Positions 1-8,800 of a stretch of DNA of 64,000 nt are shown here, in pieces; within the stretch, counting starts at the first letter, position 1, and every line of letters starts with the position of its first letter. The translations under genes were made by a program, and so were the position numbers. Source of the DNA: Nemertoderma westbladi (lineage: Eukaryota; Animalia; Xenacoelomorpha); contig JAUCBJ010002874.1 of the NCBI GenBank assembly GCA_032718475.1, forward strand, positions 1 to 64,000. Direction: 5' to 3'. The notes beneath the pieces were generated by a model that had not been told where the DNA came from, did not search any database, and saw only the letters and a list, made by a program, of their open reading frames with translations.

Positions 1-2
1 AG

Positions 3-2201
3 TTACAGCGTGCTCTAAAATCAGCAGCGATGTCTAGTCTAATACGTGACAGAAAATCACTGGAAAACAACAATGCCTTAATAACAACTTCAGGTAGACT
101 TACCCATAAGCAGGAGAAGGACACCTATTTGAAAAACTGGTCAAACAATGAACTAAAATCCTGGATAGAATGCCTGAATTCAACGGATCCCCGAGTGCTC
201 TGGAATAAAATCGACTACAAAGGGAAATTAAACCAAAGCAATACAACAGAAAACACAATCCAAATATGCTCTTCGGACTTAGCCAAACACTTTGAATCTC
301 ACTTTAGTATAGCCCACGAAGAATGCGACTTCAAAGATATTCGAGCCCAATCTAACCCAACGTTGGATAAAGAAATAGCTGCGGAAGAAATAGAAACTGC
401 CGCTTCGAAACTCAACAACAGTAGCAGCAGCGCAGATGGCCTGTCCGCCAAAACTCTACAGGATACTTTGCCCGCACTGATGCCTTACTTACTTTGCCTA
501 TTCAATCTAATATTCTTCATGGGTCTCGGAGCATACCCAGAGATATGGTTTGGATTACTCCTCGCACTCCCTAAAAAGGGCAAACTTCAAATACCAAACT
601 TTGTGCGCGGAATCACACTGCTTCCAATACTTGCCAAACTGTACGACCTAATACTCTGTATAAGAATTACGGACTGGATTAAAATACCAAAAGCTCAGAC
701 AGCATTTCAAAAGGGCCGTAGTTGCGTACTACATGTGCTTACTGTTCGAATTCTACTAGATTCCGCTAATCACCAAAAAAAACGGTTATTTATTATACTA
801 ACAGATTTCTCGGCCGCATTTGACAAAATAAGTAGAAGACAACTATTTATAAAACTGTCACAGCTAGGATGTGGAATAATAATGTTGCGCGCGCTAATGG
901 CCGTCTATCAAACCACAGAGGTATCAGTACATCATGGGAATGAATTCTCAATAATCTTCAAACTATTGAGTGGAATTCGACAGGGGGCCCCATCGAGCCC
1001 AATTCTTTTCGTGATATATACATTAGGTTTAATTAAGATTTTTGATAAATGCAAACCAGAGCAGCTTATTAAGAATATACACCTTCTGATCCACGCTGAC
1101 GACACCCTACTTTTGGCCGCTACTCGTGGTACAGCTATACTCAAACTTAATTTGCTTGAGATATATTGTCATGAGAACTTCATAAAACTTAACCCAAAAA
1201 AATGCGCGGTCTTATGTGTAAATGAACCGATTGACGAAAACGAACCATTACTGCTTAAACATGGAAAAATAGATATATCTAAATCAGAAATATATTTGGG
1301 TTCAACACTTTGTGCTTCCGGCAGTCTCAGGGATATGTTCACCGCTGACCTCAAGCTGAAGCAAAAACACTTTATAAAATATTATGCCTTCCTTAGAGAA
1401 AACATGGCTGCTCCTTTAAAAGTCAAAGAAAAAGTCCTCGACGCATGCATCGTTAACGGTATTTTATATAATTGTGAGGCGTGGGGTAATGTTAATTTCA
1501 ACAAACTCGAAGACCAATATCGAAAAATATTAAAAACTATGTTAGGCCTAAAACGAACAACACCAAACGAATTTGTTTATATCGAGCTTGAACGGCCCCC
1601 CATAACCGCTGTTATCAAGGCGCGTACTTCCTCGTTAGTTAAACGCATTATTTCCAACAAACACGATCACATGTCGGACCCACTGCTTTCCCTTATAGAA
1701 CACCCCAACAACAACTCTTCATTAATAACATACCTTAAATCATGCGCCGATATTCCTGAACCGAAATCGGTAGAAAGGGACGCACTCGATAAGATAAAAC
1801 AGTCTATAATATCAAAGTCAAATAAGGGTAAGACCAAATACTGCACTTATCTTTCCATTAACCCATCGCTATCAAGACCAGCTGCATATGACTCGATGTA
1901 CTCTTCCGCGGATATAATAGCGTACTCACGCATTCGCACTAGCGCGCATGAACTTGCCATCGAGAAAGGCAGATACAATCGCCTCCCCAGAGAAGAACGC
2001 TTATGTCGATGTGGTGAGATAGAAGACGAAGACCACTTTCTCCTCAAATGTCCAGATTACTCCTCAGAACGCGATCTCTTTCTCGGAGGGGAGCAGCACA
2101 CCATCTCTTCGATTCTCGATATATTTGGCGCACCAACATACGTCAATAAACTTGTTCAAAGTCGTAAACAGAATCGCGCGGTAAATCCACCACCACATTA
2201 A
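3..2201 (+). CDS. Retrotransposon ORF2-like protein (reverse transcriptase + CCHC zinc knuckle), 5'-partial
   Basis: The frame is already open at position 3 (LQRALKSAA before the ATG at 30), so the true start is probably upstream. Non-LTR RT motifs occur in order: LPKKG, RGITLL, QTAFQKGRS, DFSAAFD (804), GIRQGAPSSP (972), HADD (1092-1103), LNPKKC, YLG (1293). No internal stop or frameshift before TAA at 2199-2201. Confidence 0.95.
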   Translation, partial: LQRALKSAAMSSLIRDRKSLENNNALITTSGRLTHKQEKDTYLKNWSNNELKSWIECLNSTDPRVLWNKIDYKGKLNQSNTTENTIQICSSDLAKHFESHFSIAHEECDFKDIRAQSNPTLDKEIAAEEIETAASKLNNSSSSADGLSAKTLQDTLPALMPYLLCLFNLIFFMGLGAYPEIWFGLLLALPKKGKLQIPNFVRGITLLPILAKLYDLILCIRITDWIKIPKAQTAFQKGRSCVLHVLTVRILLDSANHQKKRLFIILTDFSAAFDKISRRQLFIKLSQLGCGIIMLRALMAVYQTTEVSVHHGNEFSIIFKLLSGIRQGAPSSPILFVIYTLGLIKIFDKCKPEQLIKNIHLLIHADDTLLLAATRGTAILKLNLLEIYCHENFIKLNPKKCAVLCVNEPIDENEPLLLKHGKIDISKSEIYLGSTLCASGSLRDMFTADLKLKQKHFIKYYAFLRENMAAPLKVKEKVLDACIVNGILYNCEAWGNVNFNKLEDQYRKILKTMLGLKRTTPNEFVYIELERPPITAVIKARTSSLVKRIISNKHDHMSDPLLSLIEHPNNNSSLITYLKSCADIPEPKSVERDALDKIKQSIISKSNKGKTKYCTYLSINPSLSRPAAYDSMYSSADIIAYSRIRTSAHELAIEKGRYNRLPREERLCRCGEIEDEDHFLLKCPDYSSERDLFLGGEQHTISSILDIFGAPTYVNKLVQSRKQNRAVNPPPH
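2004..2051 (+). other. C-terminal CCHC zinc-knuckle motif (C-x1-C-x7-H-x4-C)
   Basis: Translation CRCGEIEDEDHFLLKC, resembling the C-terminal cysteine-histidine motif of non-LTR ORF2 proteins. Confidence 0.85.
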
Positions 2202-2205
2202 ATGT

Positions 2206-2208
<3 letters not shown>

Positions 2209-2240
<32 letters not shown>
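2209..2240. repeat. Poly(T) tract, 32 nt
   Basis: Read directly; starts 8 nt after the ORF stop codon. Confidence 0.95.
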
Positions 2241-2242
<2 letters not shown>

Positions 2243-2301
2243 GAATTTACTATTTATTTATTATTTATTCAACTTCTTATTTAGTTAATCAATAACGCTG
2301 A

Positions 2302-2323
2302 CCCCCCCCCCCCCCCCCCCCCC
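2302..2323. repeat. Poly(C) tract, 22 nt (followed by GA and C5)
   Basis: Read directly; poly(G) on the minus strand. Confidence 0.95.
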
Positions 2324-2838
2324 GACCCCCGTGCATATTAATTATTATCAATATTTATTCACTTAATCAACTGTAATTGTCAGGCTAACCCGCCGCCACA
2401 TTCTATTTAGTAATTAGCAGTATTTCACTTATTATTTAATCAATTCATTTATTTATTATTTATTCAATTGACATTGCACAACCTACTAATGAGCCCATGT
2501 ATATTAATCATTACCAATATATTATACTTATATTTGTACATACTGTACGACATTACTTTATTATCATGATATTTATTAATGACAATTATCTACTACTTTA
2601 ATTAATTAGTTTACTTTACTGTCTATATTTATAAATATACAACGCCTGAATTAATTATTACATTTGAATTAACTTATTATTAATACTATTATGTTTTGGT
2701 TCTCATTAATTGTAGAACGATATCTTTCTTAGGACTGTTAAATTAGTGTAAATCTATAACCATTTTTAGGACAACTTAAATTCTGCTACATTTGATATAT
2801 ATGTTTAGTGCTATTTTAACCAAATGATAGTCTATATT

Positions 2839-2861
2839 ATACATACATACATACATACATA
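2839..2861 (+). repeat. (ATAC)5 microsatellite, probable 3' tail of the LINE
   Basis: ATACATACATACATACATACATA directly before the first satellite monomer. Short tandem-repeat tails are typical of RTE/RTEX/CR1/L2-group elements. Confidence 0.75.
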
Positions 2862-5800
2862 TGGAGTAGGGAAAGATCGTAGAGGCATTCATAGTAAATG
2901 TATGGAGTAGGGAAAGATCGTAGAGGCATTCATAGTAAATGTATGGAGTAGGGAAAGAACGTAGAGGCATTCATAGTAAATGAGGAGGGAAAGAACGTAG
3001 AGGCATTCATAGTAAATGTATGGAGGAGGGAATGAAGAACGTAGAGGCATTCATAGTAAATGTATGGAGGAGGGAAAGAACGTAGAGGCATTCATAGTAA
3101 ATGAGTAGGGAGAGAACGTAGAGGCATTCATAGTAAATGTATGGAGGAGGGAAAGAACGTAGAGGCATTCATAGTAAATGAGTAGGGAGAGAACGTAGAG
3201 GCATTCATAGTAAATGAGTAGGGAGAGAACGTAGAGGCATTCATAGTAAATGTATGGAGTAGGGAGAGAACGTAGAGGCATTCATAGTAAATGAGTAGGG
3301 AGAGAACGTAGAGGCATTCATAGTAAATGTATGGAGTAGGGAAAGAACGTAGAGGCATTCATAGTAAATGAGGAGGGAAAGATCGTAGAGGCATTCATAG
3401 TAAATGTATGGAGTAGGGAAAGAACGTAGAGGCATTCATAGTAAATGTATGGAGTAGGGAAAGAACGTAGAGGCATTCATAGTAAATGAGTAGGGAAAGA
3501 GCGTAGAGGCATTCATAGTAAATGAGGAGGGAAAGAACGTAGAGGCATTCATAGTAAATGAGTAGGGAAAGAGCGTAGAGGCATTCATAGTAAATGAGGA
3601 GGGAGAGAACGTAGAGGCATTAATAGTAAATGAGGAGGGAAAGAACGTAGAGGCATTCATAGTAAATGAGGAGGGAAAGAACGTAGAGGCATTCATAGTA
3701 AATGAGGAGGGAAAGAGCGTAGAGGCATTCATAGTAAATGAGGAGGGAAAGAACGTAGAGGCATTCATAGTAAATGTATGGAGGAGGGAAAGAACGTAGA
3801 GGCATTCATAGTAAATGTATGGAGTAGGGAGAGAACGTAGAGGCATTCATAGTAAATGTATGGAGTAGGGAAAGATCGTAGAGGCATTCATAGTAAATGA
3901 GGAGGGAAAGAACGTAGAGGCATTCATAGTAAATGTATGGAGGAGGGAAAGAACGTAGAGGCATTCATAGTAAATGTATGGAGGAGGGAAAGAAGATCGT
4001 AGAGGCATTCATAGTAAATGTATGGAGTAGGGAAAGAACGTAGAGGCATTCATAGTAAATGAGTAGGGAAAGAGCGTAGAGGCATTCATAGTAAATGAGG
4101 AGGGAAAGATCGTAGAGGCATTCATAGTAAATGAGGAGGGAAAGAGCGTAGAGGCATTCATAGTAAATGAGGAGGGAAAGAACGTAGAGGCATTCATAGT
4201 AAATGTATGGAGGAGGGAAAGAACGTAGAGGCATTCATAGTAAATGTATGGAGGAGGGAAAGAACGTAGAGGCATTCATAGTAAATGAGGAGGGAAAGAA
4301 CGTAGAGGCATTCATAGTAAATGTATGGAGGAGGGAAAGAACGTAGAGGCATTCATAGTAAATGAGTAGGGAGAGAACGTAGAGGCATTCATAGTAAATG
4401 AGTAGGGAAAGAACGTAGAGGCATTCATAGTAAATGAGGAGGGAGAGAACGTAGAGGCATTCATAGTAAATGAGTAGGGAGAGAACGTAGAGGCATTCAT
4501 AGTAAATGAGTAGGGAGAGAACGTAGAGGCATTCATAGTAAATGTATGGAGTAGGGAAAGAACGTAGAGGCATTCATAGTAAATGTATGGAGTAGGGAAA
4601 GAACGTAGAGGCATTCATAGTAAATGAGTAGGGAGAGAACGTAGAGGCATTCATAGTAAATGAGTAGGGAGAGAACGTAGAGGCATTCATAGTAAATGAG
4701 GAGGGAAAGAACGTAGAGGCATTCATAGTAAATGAGTAGGGAGAGAACGTAGAGGCATTCATAGTAAATGAGGAGGGAGAGAACGTAGAGGCATTCATAG
4801 TAAATGAGGAGGGAGAGAACGTAGAGGCATTCATAGTAAATGAGTAGGGAGAGAACGTAGAGGCATTCATAGTAAATGAGTAGGGAGAGAACGTAGAGGC
4901 ATTCATAGTAAATGAGTAGGGAGAGAACGTAGAGGCATTCATAGTAAATGAGTAGGGAAAGAACGTAGAGGCATTCATAGTAAATGAGTAGGGAGAGAAC
5001 GTAGAGGCATTCATAGTAAATGAGTAGGGAGAGAACGTAGAGGCATTAATAGTAAATGAGGAGGGAGAGAACGTAGAGGCATTCATAGTAAATGAGGAGG
5101 GAGAGAACGTAGAGGCATTCATAGTAAATGAGTAGGGAAAGAACGTAGAGGCATTCATAGTAAATGAGTAGGGAAAGAACGTAGAGGCATTCATAGTAAA
5201 TGAGGAGGGAAAGAACGTAGAGGCATTCATAGTAAATGAGTAGGGAGAGAACGTAGAGGCATTCATAGTAAATGAGTAGGGAAAGAACGTAGAGGCATTC
5301 ATAGTAAATGAGGAGGGAAAGAACGTAGAGGCATTCATAGTAAATGAGTAGGGAGAGAACGTAGAGGCATTCATAGTAAATGAGGAGGGAAAGAACGTAG
5401 AGGCATTCATAGTAAATGAGTAGGGAGAGAACGTAGAGGCATTCATAGTAAATGAGGAGGGAAAGAACGTAGAGGCATTCATAGTAAATGAGTAGGGAGA
5501 GAACGTAGAGGCATTCATAGTAAATGAGTAGGGAGAGAACGTAGAGGCATTCATAGTAAATGAGTAGGGAGAGAACGTAGAGGCATTAATAGTAAATGAG
5601 GAGGGAAAGAACGTAGAGGCATTCATAGTAAATGAGTAGGGAGAGAACGTAGAGGCATTCATAGTAAATGAGTAGGGAAAGAACGTAGAGGCATTCATAG
5701 TAAATGAGGAGGGAAAGAACGTAGAGGCATTCATAGTAAATGAGTAGGGAGAGAACGTAGAGGCATTCATAGTAAATGAGGAGGGAAAGAACGTAGAGGC

Positions 5801-8800
5801 ATTCATAGTAAATGAGTAGGGAGAGAACGTAGAGGCATTCATAGTAAATGAGGAGGGAAAGAACGTAGAGGCATTCATAGTAAATGAGGAGGGAGAGAAC
5901 GTAGAGGCATTCATAGTAAATGAGTAGGGAGAGAACGTAGAGGCATTCATAGTAAATGTATGGAGGAGGGAAAGAACGTAGAGGCATTCATAGTAAATGT
6001 ATGGAGTAGGGAAAGAACGTAGAGGCATTCATAGTAAATGTATGGAGTAGGGAAAGAACGTAGAGGCATTCATAGTAAATGAGTAGGGAGAGAACGTAGA
6101 GGCATTCATAGTAAATGAGTAGGGAGAGAACGTAGAGGCATTCATAGTAAATGAGTAGGGAGAGAACGTAGAGGCATTCATAGTAAATGAGTAGGGAGAG
6201 AACGTAGAGGCATTAATAGTAAATGAGGAGGGAAAGAACGTAGAGGCATTCATAGTAAATGAGTAGGGAGAGAACGTAGAGGCATTCATAGTAAATGAGT
6301 AGGGAGAGAACGTAGAGGCATTCATAGTAAATGTATGGAGTAGGGAGAGAACGTAGAGGCATTCATAGTAAATGTATGGAGTAGGAATGAACGTAGAGGC
6401 ATTCATAGTAAATGTATGGAGTAGGGAGAGAACGTAGAGGCATTCATAGTAAATGTATGGAGTAGGGAGAGAACGTAGAGGCATTCATAGTAAATGTATG
6501 GAGTAGGGAAAGAACGTAGAGGCATTCATAGTAAATGTATGGAGTAGGGAATGAACGTAGAGGCATTCATAGTAAATGTATGGAGGAGGGAAAGATCGTA
6601 GAGGCATTCATAGTAAATGAGTAGGGAGAGAACGTAGAGGCATTCATAGTAAATGAGTAGGGAGAGAACGTAGAGGCATTCATAGTAAATGAGGAGGGAG
6701 AGAACGTAGAGGCATTCATAGTAAATGTATGGAGTAGGGAAGAGAACGTAGAGGCATTCATAGTAAATGTATGGAGTAGGGAGAGAACGTAGAGGCATTC
6801 ATAGTAAATGTATGGAGTAGGGAGAGAACGTAGAGGCATTCATAGTAAATGTATGGAGTAGGGAAAGAACGTAGAGGCATTCATAGTAAATGTATGGAGT
6901 AGGGAATGAACGTAGAGGCATTCATAGTAAATGTATGGAGGAGGGAATGATCGTAGAGGCATTCATAGTAAATGTATGGAGTAGGGAAAGAACGTAGAGG
7001 CATTAATAGTAAATGAGGAGGGAGAGAACGTAGAGGCATTCATAGTAAATGTATGGAGTAGGGAAAGAACGTAGAGGCATTCATAGTAAATGTATGGAGT
7101 AGGGAATGAACGTAGAGGCATTCATAGTAAATGTATGGAGTAGGGAAAGAACGTAGAGGCATTCATAGTAAATGTATGGAGGAGGGAAAGATCGTAGAGG
7201 CATTCATAGTAAATGAGTAGGGAGAGAACGTAGAGGCATTCATAGTAAATGAGTAGGGAGAGAACGTAGAGGCATTCATAGTAAATGAGGAGGGAAAGAA
7301 CGTAGAGGCATTCATAGTAAATGAGTAGGGAGAGAACGTAGAGGCATTCATAGTAAATGAGTAGGGAGAGAACGTAGAGGCATTAATAGTAAATGAGGAG
7401 GGAGAGAACGTAGAGGCATTCATAGTAAATGTATGGAGTAGGAAGAGAACGTAGAGGCATTCATAGTAAATGTATGGAGTAGGGAAAGAACGTAGAGGCA
7501 TTCATAGTAAATGTATGGAGTAGGGAGAGAACGTAGAGGCATTCATAGTAAATGTATGGAGTAGGGAATGAACGTAGAGGCATTCATAGTAAATGTATGG
7601 AGTAGGGAAAGAACGTAGAGGCATTCATAGTAAATGTATGGAGGAGGGAAAGATCGTAGAGGCATTCATAGTAAATGAGTAGGGAGAGAACGTAGAGGCA
7701 TTCATAGTAAATGAGTAGGGAGAGAACGTAGAGGCATTCATAGTAAATGAGTAGGGGGAGAACGTAGAGGCATTCATAGTAAATGAGTAGGGAGAGAACG
7801 TAGAGGCATTCATAGTAAGATGGAGTAGGGAGAGAACGTAGAGGCATTCATAGTAAATGAGGAGGGAAAGAACGTAGAGGCATTCATAGTAAATGAGTAG
7901 GGAAAGAACGTAGAGGCATTCATAGTAAATGAGTAGGGAGAGAACGTAGAGGCATTCATAGTAAATGAGTAGGGAGAGAACGTAGAGGCATTCATAGTAA
8001 ATGAGTAGGGAGAGAACGTAGAGGCATTCATAGTAAATGAGGAGGGAAAGAACGTAGAGGCATTCATAGTAAATGAGGAGGGAAAGAACGTAGAGGCATT
8101 CATAGTAAATGAGGAGGGAGAGAACGTAGAGGCATTCATAGTAAATGTATGGAGTAGGGAAAGAACGTAGAGGCATTCATAGTAAATGTATGGAGGAGGG
8201 AAAGAAGAACGTAGAGGCATTCATAGTAAATGTATGGAGGAGGGAAAGAAGAACGTAGAGGCATTCATAGTAAATGAGTAGGGAGAGAACGTAGAGGCAT
8301 TCATAGTAAATGAGTAGGGAGAGAACGTAGAGGCATTCATAGTAAATGAGGAGGGAAAGAACGTAGAGGCATTCATAGTAAATGAGTAGGGAGAGAACGT
8401 AGAGGCATTCATAGTAAATGAGGAGGGAAAGAACGTAGAGGCATTCATAGTAAATGAGGAGGGAGAGAACGTAGAGGCATTCATAGTAAATGTATGGAGT
8501 AGGGAATGAACGTAGAGGCATTCATAGTAAATGAGGAGGGAAAGATCGTAGAGGCATTCATAGTAAATGTATGGAGTAGGGAAAGAACGTAGAGGCATTC
8601 ATAGTAAATGTATGGAGTAGGGAGAGAACGTAGAGGCATTCATAGTAAATGAGTAGGGAAAGAACGTAGAGGCATTCATAGTAAATGTATGGAGTAGGGA
8701 AAGAACGTAGAGGCATTCATAGTAAATGTATGGAGTAGGGAAAGAAGATCGTAGAGGCATTCATAGTAAATGTATGGAGGAGGGAAAGAACGTAGAGGCA

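Larger units (their letters stand above)
2202..2838 (+). other. AT-rich putative 3' UTR of the retrotransposon
   Basis: Non-coding, very AT-rich sequence between the ORF stop and the microsatellite tail. It could instead include a nested antisense insertion (see findings). Confidence 0.6.
1..2861 (+). mobile_element. Non-LTR (LINE) retrotransposon, 3' portion; RTE/RTEX-like; 5' end lies outside the window
   Basis: RT ORF with C-terminal zinc knuckle, then an AT-rich putative 3' UTR ending in an (ATAC)n microsatellite tail. No RNase H or restriction-like endonuclease follows the knuckle, so an upstream APE endonuclease is inferred but not visible. Clade call rests on motif recognition (ILYNCEAWG; RTSAHELAIEKGRY...C..EDEDHFLLKCP) and is less certain than the LINE call. 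Confidence 0.9.

Noticed and set aside
932-2047. Three short minus-strand ORFs (932..1144, 1169..1354, 1847..2047)
   Set aside because: They are short antisense shadows of the RT ORF with no recognisable motifs.
3-2201. Bacterial RT system (group II intron, retron, DGR, defence-associated RT) or telomerase/Penelope RT
   Set aside because: Motif spacing, the LYxCExW segment, the C-terminal CCHC knuckle and the microsatellite tail all fit a eukaryotic non-LTR element.
2209-2240. Rho-independent terminator after the ORF
   Set aside because: No GC-rich hairpin precedes the T run, and the context is eukaryotic.
4574-6028. 484-aa minus-strand repetitive ORF and all other MPLRS.../FTMNAST.../YYECLY... 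ORFs
   Set aside because: Each monomer has only one minus-strand stop (TCA in the core), so runs of 36-mers are automatically open in two frames, and 41/44-mers shift the frame. There is no unique domain or sign of frame preservation.
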